Shown here in pieces: positions 1 through 12,700 of a stretch of 64,000 nucleotides of DNA. The notes under the pieces were generated by a model. The model was not told the DNA's origin. It saw nothing but the letters and a program-made list of their open reading frames with translations, and searched no databases. Both the position numbers and the translations under genes were made by a program. The stretch comes from Nemertoderma westbladi (Eukaryota > Animalia > Xenacoelomorpha): NCBI GenBank assembly GCA_032718475.1, contig JAUCBJ010002682.1, forward strand, positions 1 through 64,000, given 5' to 3'. The stretch's first letter is position 1; the number at the start of each line of letters is the position of its first letter.

Positions 1-600
1 CCTGGCCTGGGGATATAGGTTGATTACATGGATAGGCCTACATTCGAATGGATCTGAGTTATCATCAACAGTAGACACAAATTTCGACGAACCATCGTAT
101 ACTGATTAAATTTCTGCAATGATTTATATAACAATGCAATAATAACAATAATAATCCTAAAATATATAGATGTTCGAACTCCAATCGCGATCTACCACTT
201 ACGCTTATATAGATTACAGAATCGTCGTCATTACTGTATAATTCTCACAATAAAAATGTCAATAATTAAATGTTAGGTTATAAAAATTAAACTAAATTTA
301 CTAACAGTAAAGTGAATGCAAAACAAAGCAATAAATAGAACACTGCTGGCATCCCCCATCGGGGTGACTCATTTATTTTGTCTAAAGACATATTATTAAC
401 ATGTTATTAAATCACGTTCCAATACAGATACTACTGTACGCCCAATCGTTATTCGTATCTAATAATATGCTAATTATGTCATTTATCCATTATAATGGGA
501 TGATTAAAATAAAACAAATATTTGATAAACGCGACAATATTATAGATCATAAAAATACAAAATAACATAAATCATGACCCATGTTAGTATACCAGAATTC

Positions 601-647
601 AGAGAAAACTTGGCATTCTTCACATGGCCGTAAAGTGAAAACTTTGT
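601..647. repeat. Orphan ~1.4 copies of the 33-bp satellite unit, separated from the main array by a 135-bp insertion
   Basis: GAAAACTTGGCATTCTTCACATGGCCGTAAAGTGAAAACTTTGT matches the array consensus. Confidence 0.85.
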
Positions 648-785
648 GGATATAGGGGCAAGAGGGTCTAAAGCTTACAATGAAAACACTCGGTGTTAGT
701 TGAATAACGTTTCGGCCTTCCGGCCTACTTCAGACTCTTCAATAAACAATTAATTGTTTATTGAAGAGTCTGAAGCAGGACGGAA
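648..785 (-). mobile_element. Penelope-like element remnant: degenerate minimal hammerhead motif plus inverted duplication
   Basis: Perfect 48-bp palindrome 728-775, imperfectly extending 718-785. Minus strand reads GAGT-CTGAAGTA-GGCC-GGAA-GGCC-GAAAC-GTT-ATTC, resembling PLE hammerheads (CTGAAGAAGG...CCGAAACGT). Confidence 0.55.
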
Positions 786-3700
786 ACTTGGTATTCTTCA
801 CATGGCCGTAAAGTGAAAACTTGGTATTCTTCACATGGCCGTTAAGTGAAAACTTGGTAATCTTCACATGGCCGTAAAGTAAAAACTTGGTAATCTTCAC
901 ATGGTCGTAAACCGTAAAGTGAAAACTTTGTATTCTTCACATGGCCGTAAACCGTAAAGTGAAAACTTTGTATTCTTCACATGGCCGTAAAGTGAAAACT
1001 TGGTATTCTTCACATGGCCGTAAAGTGAAAACTTGGTATTCTTCACATGGCCGCAAAGTGAAAACTTGGTAATCTTCACATGGCCGTAAAGTGAAAACTT
1101 GGTAATCTTCACATTGCCGTAAAGTGAAAACTTGGTAATCTTCACATGGCCGTAAAGTGAAAACTTCGTAATCTTCACATGGCCGTAAAGTGAAAACTTT
1201 GTATTTTTCAGTGAAACTTGTTATTCTTCACATGGCCGTAAACCGTAAAATGAAAACTTTGTATTCTTCACATGGCCGTAAAGTGAAAACTTGGTATTCT
1301 TCACATGGCCGTAAAGTGAAAACTTGGTAATCTTCACATGGCCGTAAAGTGAAATCTTGGTATTCTTCACATGGCCGTAAAGTGAAAACTTGGTAATCAT
1401 CACATGGCCGTAAAATGAAAACTTGGTAATCTTCACATGGTCGTAAAGTGAAAACCGTGAAGTGAAAACTTTGTATTTTTCAGTGAAACTTGTTATTCTT
1501 CACATGGCCGTAAACCGTAAAATGAAAACTTTGTATTCTTCACATGGCCGTAAAGTGAAAACTTGGTATTCTTCACATTGCCGTAAAGTGAAAACTTGGT
1601 AATCATCACATGGCCGTAAAATGAAAACTTGGTAATCTTCACATGGCCGTAAAGTGAAAACTTGGTAATCTTCACATGGTCGTAAACCGTAAAGTGAAAA
1701 CTTTGTATTCTTCACATGGCCGTAAAGTGAAAACTTGGTATTCTTCACATGGTCGAAAGTGAAAACCGTAAACCGTAAAGTGAAAACTTTGTATTTTTCA
1801 GTGAAACTTATTATTCTTCACATGGCCGTAAACCGTAAAATGAAAACTTTGTATTCTTCACATGGCCGTAAACCATAAAGTGAAAACTTTGTATTCTTCA
1901 CATGGCCGTAAAGTGAAAACTTGGTATTCTTCACATGGCCGTAAAGTGAAAACTTGGTAATCATCACATGGCCGTAAAATGAAAACTTGGTAATCTTCAC
2001 ATGGCCGTAAAGTGAAAACTTGGTAATCTTCACATGGTCGTAAACCGTAAAGTGAAAACTTTGTATTCTTCACATGGCCGTAAAGTGAAAACTTGGTATT
2101 CTTCACATGGTCGTAAAGTGAAAACCGTAAACGGTAAAGTGAAAACTTTGTATTTTTCAGTGAAACTTGTTATTCTTCACATGGCCGTAAACCGTAAAAT
2201 GAAAACTTTGTATTCTTCACATGCCCATAAAGTGAAAACTTGGTATTCTTCACATGGCCGTAAAGTGAAAACCGTAAATCGTAAAGTGAAAACTTGTATT
2301 TTTCAGTGAAACGTGTTATTCTTCACATGGCCGTAAACCGTAAAATGAAAACTTTGTATTCTTCACATGTCCGTAAAGTGAAAACTTGGTATTCTTCACA
2401 TGGCCGTAAAGTGAAAACTTGGTAATCATCACAAGGCCGTAAAATGAAAACTTGGTAATCTTCACATGGCCGTAAAGTGAAAACTTGGTAATCTTCACAT
2501 GGTCGTAAACCGTAAAGTGAAAACTTTGTATTCTTCACATGGCCGTAAAGTGAAAACTTGGTATTCTTCACATGGCCGCAAAGTGAAAACTGGTAGGCCT
2601 AATCATAACATGGCCGTAAAGTGAAAACTTGGTAATCATCACATGGCCGTAAAATGAAAACTTGGTAATCTTCACATGGCCGTAAAGTGAAAACTTGGTA
2701 ATCTTCACATGGCCATAAAGTGAAAACTTGGTAATTCTTCACATGGTCGTAAACCGTAAAGTGAAAACTTTGTATTCTTCACATGGCCGTAAAGTGAAAA
2801 CTTGGTATTCTCCACATGGCCGTAAAGTGAAAACTTGGTATTCTTCACATGGCCGACGTAAAGTGAAAATTTGGTAATCTTCACATGCCCGTAAAGTTAA
2901 AACTTGGTAATCTTCACATAGCCATAAAGTGATAACTTGGTATTCTTCACATGGCCGTAAAGTCAAAACTTGGTATTCTTCACATGGCCGTAAAGTAAAA
3001 ACTTGGTAATCATCACATGGCCGTAAAGTGAAAACTTGGTAATCTTCACATGGCCGTAAAGTGAAAACTTGGTAATATTCACATGGCCATAAAGTGAAAA
3101 CTTGGTAATCTTCACATGGTTGTAAACCGTAAAGTGAAAACTTTGTATTCTTCACATGACCGTAAAGTGAAAACTTGGTATTCTTCACATGGCCGTAAAG
3201 TGAAAACTTGGTATTCTTCACATGGCAGTAAAGTGAAAACTTGGTTTTCTTCACATGGCCGTAAACCGTAAAGTGAAAACTTTGTATTCTTCACATGGCC
3301 GTAAAGTGACAACTTGGTATTCTTCACATGGCCGTAAAGTGAAAACTTGGTAATCTTCACATTGCCGTAAAGTGAAAACTTGGTAATCTTCACATGGTCG
3401 TAAAGTGAAAACCGTAAACCGTAAAGTGAAAACCGTAAACCGTAAAGTGAAAACTTTGTATTTTTCAGTGAAACTTGTTATTCTTCACATGGCCGTAAAC
3501 CGTAAAATGAAAACTTTGTATTCTTCACATGGCCGTAAAGTGAAAACTTGGTATTCTTCACATGGCCGTAAAGTGAAAACTTGGTAATCTTCACATGGTC
3601 GTAAAGTGAAAACCGTAAACAGTAAAGTGAAAACCGTAAACCGTAAAGTGAAAACTTTGTATTTTTCAGTGAAACTTGTTATTCTTCACATGGCCGTAAA

Positions 3701-6700
3701 CCGTAAAATGAAAACTTTGTATTCTTCACATGGCCGTAAAGTGAAAACTTGGTATTCTTCACATGGCCGTAAAGTGAAAACTTGGTATTCTTCACATGGC
3801 CGTAAAGTGAAAACTTGGTAATCTTCACATGGTCGTAAAGTGAAAACCGTAAACAGTAAAGTGAAAACCGTAAACCGTAAAGTGAAAACTTTGTATTTTT
3901 CAGTGAAACTTGTTATTCTTCACATGGCCGTAAACCGTAAAATGAAAACTTTGTATTCTTCACATGGCCGTAAAGTGAAAACTTGGTATTCTTCACATGG
4001 CCGTAAAGTGAAAACTTGGTAATCTTCACATGGCCGTAAAGTGAAAACCGTAAAGTGAAAACTTTGTATTTTTTAGTGAAACTTGTTATTCTTCACATGG
4101 CCGTAAACCGTAAAATGAAAACTTTGTATTCTTCACATGGCCGTAAAGTGAAAACTTGGTAATCTTCACATTGCCGTAAAGTGAAAACTTGGTAATCATC
4201 ACATGGCCGTAAAATGAAAACTTGGTAATCTTCACATGGCCGTAAAGTGAAAACTTGGTAATCTTCACATGGTCGTAAACCGTAAAGTGAAAACTTTGTA
4301 TTCTTCACATGGCCGTAAAGTGAAAACTTGGTATTCTTCACATGGCCGCAAAGTGAAAACTGGTAGGCCTAATCATAATATGGCCGTAAAGTGAAAACTT
4401 GGTAATCATCACATGGCCGTAAAATGAAAACTTGGTAATCTTCACATGGCCGTAAAGTGAAAACTTGGTAATCTTCACATGGCCATAAAGTGAAAACTTG
4501 GTAATTTTCACATGGTCGTAAACCGTAAAGTGAAAACTTTGTATTCTTCACATGGCCGTAAAGTGAAAACTTGGTATTCTCCACATGGCCGTAAAGTGAA
4601 AACTTGGTATTCTTCACATGGCCGACGTAAAGTGAAAATTTGGTAATCTTCACATGCCCGTAAAGTTAAAACTTGGTAATCTTCACATAGCCATAAAGTG
4701 ATAACTTGGTATTCTTCACATGGCCGTAAAGTCAAAACTTGGTATTCTTCACATGGCCGTAAAGTAAAAACTTGGTAATCATCACATGGCCGTAAAGTGA
4801 AAACTTGGTAATCTTCACATGGCCGTAAAGTGAAAACTTGGTAATATTCACATGGCCATAAAGTGAAAACTTGGTAATCTTCACATGGTTGTAAACCGTA
4901 AAGTGAAAACTTTGTATTCTTCACATGACCGTAAAGTGAAAACTTGGTATTCTTCACATGGCCGTAAAGTGAAAACTTGGTATTCTTCACATGGCAGTAA
5001 AGTGAAAACTTGGTTTTCTTCACATGGCCGTAAACCGTAAAGTGAAAACTTTGTATTCTTCACATGGCCGTAAAGTGACAACTTGGTATTCTTCACATGG
5101 TTGTAAAGTGAAAACTTGGTAATCATCACATGGCCGTAAAATGAAAACTTGGTAATCTTCACATGGTCGTAAAGTGAAAACCGTAAAGTGAAAACTTTGT
5201 ATTTTTTAGTGAAACTTGTTATTCTTCACATGGCCGTAAACCGTAAAATGAAAACTTTGTATTCTTCACATGGCCGTAAAGTGAAAACTTGGTAATCTTC
5301 ACATTGCCGTAAAGTGAAAACTTGGTAATCATCACATGGCCGTAAAATGAAAACTTGGTAATCTTCACATGGCCGTAAAGTGAAAACTTGGTAATCTTCA
5401 CATGGTCGTAAACCGTTAGTGAAAACTTTGTATTCTTCACATGGCCGTAAAGTGAAAACTTGGTATTCTTCACATGGTCGAAAGTGAAAACCGTAAACCG
5501 TAAAGTGAAAACTTTGTATTTTTCAGTGAAACTTATTATTCTTCACATGGCCGTAAACCGTAAAATGAAAACTTTGTATTCTTCACATGGCCGTAAACCA
5601 TAAAGTGAAAACTTTGTATTCTTCACATGGCCGTAAAGTGAAAACTTGGTATTCTTCACATGGCCGTAAAGTGAAAACTTGGTAATCATCACATGGCCGT
5701 AAAATGAAAACTTGGTAATCTTCACATGGCCGTAAAGTGAAAACTTGGTAATCTTCACATGGTCGTAAACCGTAAAGTGAAAACTTTGTATTCTTCACAT
5801 GGCCGTAAAGTGAAAACTTGGTATTCTTCACATGGTCGTAAAGTGAAAACCGTAAACCGTAAAGTGAAAACTTTGTATTTTTCAGTGAAACTTGTTATTC
5901 TTCACATGGCCGTAAACCGTAAAATGAAAACTTTGTATTCTTCACATGCCCATAAAGTGAAAACTTGGTATTCTTCACATGGCCGTAAAGTGAAAACCGT
6001 AAATCGTAAAGTGAAAACTTGTATTTTTCAGTGAAACTTGTTATTCTTCACATGGCCGTAAACCGTAAAATGAAAACTTTGTATTCTTCACATGGCCGTA
6101 AAGTGAAAACTTGGTATTCTTCACATGGCCGTAAAGTGAAAACTTGGTAATCATCACAAGGCCGTAAAATGAAAACTTGGTAATCTTCACATGGCCGTAA
6201 AGTGAAAACTTGGTAATCTTCACATGGTCGTAAACCGTAAAGTGAAAACTTTGTATTCTTCACATGGCCGTAAAGTGAAAACTTGGTATTCTTCACATGG
6301 CCGCAAAGTGAAAACTGGTAGGCCTAATCATAACATGGCCGTAAAGTGAAAACTTGGTAATCATCACATGGCCGTAAAATGAAAACTTGATAATCTTCAC
6401 ATGGCCGTAAAGTGAAAACTTGGTAATCTTCACATGGCCATAAAGTGAAAACTTGGTAATCTTCACATGGTCGTAAAGTGAAAACTTGGTAATCTTCACA
6501 TGGCCATAAAGTTAAAACTTGGTAATCTTCACATGGTCGTAAACCTTAAAGTGAAAACTTTGTATTCTTCACATGGCCGTAAAGTGAAAACTTGGTATTC
6601 TTCACATGGCCGTAAAGAGAAAACTTGGTATTCTTCACATGGCCGCAAAGTGAAAACTGGTAGGCCTAATCTTCACATTGCCGTAAAGTGAAAACTTGGT

Positions 6701-9700
6701 AATCATCACATGGCCGTAAAATGAAAACTTGGTAATCTTCACATGGCCGTAAAGTGAAAACTTGGTAATCTTCACATGGCCATAAAGTGAAAACTTGGTA
6801 ATTTTCACATGGTCGTAAACCGTAAAGTGAAAACTTTGTATTCTTCACATGGCCGTAAAGTGAAAACTTGGTATTCTCCACATGGCCGTAAAGTGAAAAC
6901 TTGGTATTCTTCACATGGCCGACGTAAAGTGAAAATTTGGTAATCTTCACATGCCCGTAAAGTTAAAACTTGGTAATCTTCACATAGCCATAAAGTGATA
7001 ACTTGGTAATCATCACATGGCCGTAAAGTGAAAACTTGGTAATCTTCACATGGCCGTAAAGTGAAAACTTGGTAATATTCACACGGCCATAAAGTGAAAA
7101 CTTGGTAATCTTCACATGGTTGTAAACCGTAAAGTGAAAACTTTGTATTCTTCACATGACCGTAAAGTGAAAACTTGGTATTCTTCACATGGCCGTAAAG
7201 TGAAAACTTGGTATTCTTCACATGGCAGTAAAGTGAAAACTTGGTTTTCTTCACATGGCCGTAAACCGTAAAGTGAAAACTTTGTATTCTTCACATGGCC
7301 GTAAAGTGACAACTTGGTATTCTTCACATGGCCATAAAGTGAAAACTTGGTAATCATCACATGGCCGTAAAGTGAAAACTTGGTAATCTTCACATGGCCG
7401 TAAAGTGAAAACTTGGTAATCTTCACATGGCCATAAAGTGAAAACTTGGTAATCTTCACATGGTCGTAAACCGTAAAGTGTAAACTTTGTATTCTTCACA
7501 TGGCCGTAAAGTGAAAACTTGTTTATCTTCACATGGCCATAAAGTGAAAACTTGGTAATCTTCACATGGTTGTAAACCGTAAAGTAAAAACTTTGTATTC
7601 TTCACATGGCCGTAAAGTGAAAACTTGGTATTCTTCACATGGCCGTAAAGTGAAAACATGGTATTCTTCACATGGCCGTAAAGTGAAAACTTGGTAATCT
7701 TCACATGGCCGTAAAGTGAAAACTTGGTTATCTTCACATGGCCATAAAGTGAAAACTTGGTAATCTTCACATGGCCGTAAAGTGAAAACTTTGTATTCTT
7801 CACATGGCCGTAAAGTGAAAACTTGGTATTCTTCACATTGTCGTAGAGTGAAAACTTGGTAATCATCATATGGCCATAAAGTGAAAACTTGGTATTCTTC
7901 ACATGGTCGTTAACCGTAAAGTGAAAACTTTGTATTCTTCACATGGCTGTAAAGTGAAAACTCGGTATTCTTCACATGGCCGTAAACTGTAAAGTAAAAA
8001 ATTTGTATTCTTCACATGGCCGTAAAGTCAAAACTTGGTATTCTTCACATGGCCGTAACGTGAAAACTTGGTAATCATCACATGGCCGTAAAGTGAAAAC
8101 TTGGTAATCTTCACAAGGCCGTAAAGTTTAAACTTGGAAATATTCACATTGCCATAAAGTGAAAACTTGGTAATCTTCACATGGTTGTAAACCGTAAAGT
8201 GAAAACTTTGTATTCTTCACATGGCCGTAAAGTGAAAACTTGGTATTCTTCACATGGCCGTAAAGTGAAAACTTGGTATTCTTCACATGGCCGTAAAGTG
8301 AAAACTTGTTATTCTTCACATGGCAGTAAAGTGAAAACTTGGTTTTCTTCACATGGCCGTAAAGTGAAAACTTGGTAATCATCACATGGCCGTAAAGTGA
8401 AAACTTGGTAATCTTCACATGGCCGTAAAGTGAAAACTTGGTAATCTTCACATGGCCATAAAGTGAAAACTTGGTAATCTTCACATGGTCGTAAACCGTA
8501 AAGTGTAAACTTTGTATTCTTCACATGGCCGTAAAGTGAAAACTTGTTTATCTTCACATGGCCATAAAGTGAAAACTTGGTAATCTTCACATGGTTGTAA
8601 ACCGTAAAGTAAAAACTTTGTATTCTTCACATGGCCGTAAAGTGAAAACTTGGTATTCTTCACATGGCCGTAAAGTGAAAACATGGTATTCTTCACATGG
8701 CCGTAAAGTGAAAACTTGGTAATCTTCACATGGCCGTAAAGTGAAAACTTGGTTATCTTCACATGGCCATAAAGTGAAAACTTGGTAATCTTCACATGGC
8801 CGTAAAGTGAAAACTTTGTATTCTTCACATGGCCGTAAAGTGAAAACTTGGTATTCTTCACATTGTCGTAGAGTGAAAACTTGGTAATCATCATATGGCC
8901 ATAAAGTGAAAACTTGGTATTCTTCACATGGTCGTTAACCGTAAAGTGAAAACTTTGTATTCTTCACATGGCTGTAAAGTGAAAACTCGGTATTCTTCAC
9001 ATGGCCGTAAACTGTAAAGTAAAAAATTTGTATTCTTCACATGGCCGTAAAGTCAAAACTTGGTATTCTTCACATGGCCGTAACGTGAAAACTTGGTAAT
9101 CATCACATGGCCGTAAAGTGAAAACTTGGTAATCTTCACAAGGCCGTAAAGTTTAAACTTGGAAATATTCACATGGCCATAAAGTGAAAACTTGGTAATC
9201 TTCACATGGTTGTAAACCGTAAAGTGAAAACTTTGTATTCTTCACATGGCCGTAAAGTGAAAACTTGGTATTCTTCACATGGCCGTAAAGTGAAAACTTG
9301 GTATTCTTCACATGGCCGTAAAGTGAAAACTTGTTATTCTTCACATGGCAGTAAAGTGAAAACTTGGTTTTCTTCACATGGCCGTAAACCGTAAAGTGAA
9401 AACTTTGTATTCTTCACATGGCCGTAAACTGAAAACTTGGTAATCATCACATGGCCATAAAGTGAAAACTTGGTATTCTTCACATAGTCGTTAACCGTAA
9501 AGTGAAAACTTTGTATTCTTCACATGGCTGTAAAGTGAAAACTTGGTAATCTTCACATGGCCGTAAACCGTAAAGTGAAAACTTGGTATTCTTCACATGG
9601 CCGTAAACTGTAAAGTAAAAAATTTGTATTCTTCACATGGCCGTAAACTGAAAACTTGGTAATCATCACATGGCCGTAAAATGAAAACTTGGTAATCTTC

Positions 9701-12700
9701 ACATGGCCGTAAAGTGAAAACTTGGTAATCTTCACATGGTCGTAAACCGTAAAGTGAAAACTTTGTATTCTTCACATGGCCGTAAAGTGAAAACTTGGTA
9801 TTCTTCACATGGCCGCAAAGTGAAAACTGGTAGGCCTAATCATAATATGGCCGTAAAGTGAAAACTTGGTAATCATCACATGGCCGTAAAATGAAAACTT
9901 GGTAATCTTCACATGGCCGTAAAGTGAAAACTTGGTAATCTTCACATGGCCATAAAGTGAAAACTTGGTAATTTTCACATGGTCGTAAACCGTAAAGTGA
10001 AAACTTTGTATTCTTCACATGGCCGTAAAGTGAAAACTTGGTATTCTCCACATGGCCGTAAAGTGAAAACTTGGTATTCTTCACATGGCCGACGTAAAGT
10101 GAAAATTTGGTAATCTTCACATGCCCGTAAAGTTAAAACTTGGTAATCTTCACATAGCCATAAAGTGATAACTTGGTATTCTTCACATGGCCGTAAAGTC
10201 AAAACTTGGTATTCTTCACATGGCCGTAAAGTAAAAACTTGGTAATCATCACATGGCCGTAAAGTGAAAACTTGGTAATCTTCACATGGCCGTAAAGTGA
10301 AAACTTGGTAATATTCACATGGCCATAAAGTGAAAACTTGGTAATCTTCACATGGTTGTAAACCGTAAAGTGAAAACTTTGTATTCTTCACATGACCGTA
10401 AAGTGAAAACTTGGTATTCTTCACATGGCCGTAAAGTGAAAACTTGGTATTCTTCACATGGCAGTAAAGTGAAAACTTGGTTTTCTTCACATGGCCGTAA
10501 ACCGTAAAGTGAAAACTTTGTATTCTTCACATGGCCGTAAAGTGACAACTTGGTATTCTTCACATGGTTGTAAAGTGAAAACTTGGTAATCATCACATGG
10601 CCGTAAAATGAAAACTTGGTAATCTTCACATGGTCGTAAAGTGAAAACCGTAAAGTGAAAACTTTGTATTTTTTAGTGAAACTTGTTATTCTTCACATGG
10701 CCGTAAACCGTAAAATGAAAACTTTGTATTCTTCACATGGCCGTAAAGTGAAAACTTGGTAATCTTCACATTGCCGTAAAGTGAAAACTTGGTAATCATC
10801 ACATGGCCGTAAAATGAAAACTTGGTAATCTTCACATGGCCGTAAAGTGAAAACTTGGTAATCTTCACATGGTCGTAAACCGTTAGTGAAAACTTTGTAT
10901 TCTTCACATGGCCGTAAAGTGAAAACTTGGTATTCTTCACATGGTCGAAAGTGAAAACCGTAAACCGTAAAGTGAAAACTTTGTATTTTTCAGTGAAACT
11001 TATTATTCTTCACATGGCCGTAAACCGTAAAATGAAAACTTTGTATTCTTCACATGGCCGTAAACCATAAAGTGAAAACTTTGTATTCTTCACATGGCCG
11101 TAAAGTGAAAACTTGGTATTCTTCACATGGCCGTAAAGTGAAAACTTGGTAATCATCACATGGCCGTAAAATGAAAACTTGGTAATCTTCACATGGCCGT
11201 AAAGTGAAAACTTGGTAATCTTCACATGGTCGTAAACCGTAAAGTGAAAACTTTGTATTCTTCACATGGCCGTAAAGTGAAAACTTGGTATTCTTCACAT
11301 GGTCGTAAAGTGAAAACCGTAAACCGTAAAGTGAAAACTTTGTATTTTTCAGTGAAACTTGTTATTCTTCACATGGCCGTAAACCGTAAAATGAAAACTT
11401 TGTATTCTTCACATGCCCATAAAGTGAAAACTTGGTATTCTTCACATGGCCGTAAAGTGAAAACCGTAAATCGTAAAGTGAAAACTTGTATTTTTCAGTG
11501 AAACTTGTTATTCTTCACATGGCCGTAAACCGTAAAATGAAAACTTTGTATTCTTCACATGGCCGTAAAGTGAAAACTTGGTATTCTTCACATGGCCGTA
11601 AAGTGAAAACTTGGTAATCATCACAAGGCCGTAAAATGAAAACTTGGTAATCTTCACATGGCCGTAAAGTGAAAACTTGGTAATCTTCACATGGTCGTAA
11701 ACCGTAAAGTGAAAACTTTGTATTCTTCACATGGCCGTAAAGTGAAAACTTGGTATTCTTCACATGGCCGCAAAGTGAAAACTGGTAGGCCTAATCATAA
11801 CATGGCCGTAAAGTGAAAACTTGGTAATCATCACATGGCCGTAAAATGAAAACTTGATAATCTTCACATGGCCGTAAAGTGAAAACTTGGTAATCTTCAC
11901 ATGGCCATAAAGTGAAAACTTGGTAATCTTCACATGGTCGTAAAGTGAAAACTTGGTAATCTTCACATGGCCATAAAGTTAAAACTTGGTAATCTTCACA
12001 TGGTCGTAAACCTTAAAGTGAAAACTTTGTATTCTTCACATGGCCGTAAAGTGAAAACTTGGTATTCTTCACATGGCCGTAAAGAGAAAACTTGGTATTC
12101 TTCACATGGCCGCAAAGTGAAAACTGGTAGGCCTAATCTTCACATTGCCGTAAAGTGAAAACTTGGTAATCATCACATGGCCGTAAAATGAAAACTTGGT
12201 AATCTTCACATGGCCGTAAAGTGAAAACTTGGTAATCTTCACATGGCCATAAAGTGAAAACTTGGTAATTTTCACATGGTCGTAAACCGTAAAGTGAAAA
12301 CTTTGTATTCTTCACATGGCCGTAAAGTGAAAACTTGGTATTCTCCACATGGCCGTAAAGTGAAAACTTGGTATTCTTCACATGGCCGACGTAAAGTGAA
12401 AATTTGGTAATCTTCACATGCCCGTAAAGTTAAAACTTGGTAATCTTCACATAGCCATAAAGTGATAACTTGGTAATCATCACATGGCCGTAAAGTGAAA
12501 ACTTGGTAATCTTCACATGGCCGTAAAGTGAAAACTTGGTAATATTCACACGGCCATAAAGTGAAAACTTGGTAATCTTCACATGGTTGTAAACCGTAAA
12601 GTGAAAACTTTGTATTCTTCACATGACCGTAAAGTGAAAACTTGGTATTCTTCACATGGCCGTAAAGTGAAAACTTGGTATTCTTCACATGGCAGTAAAG

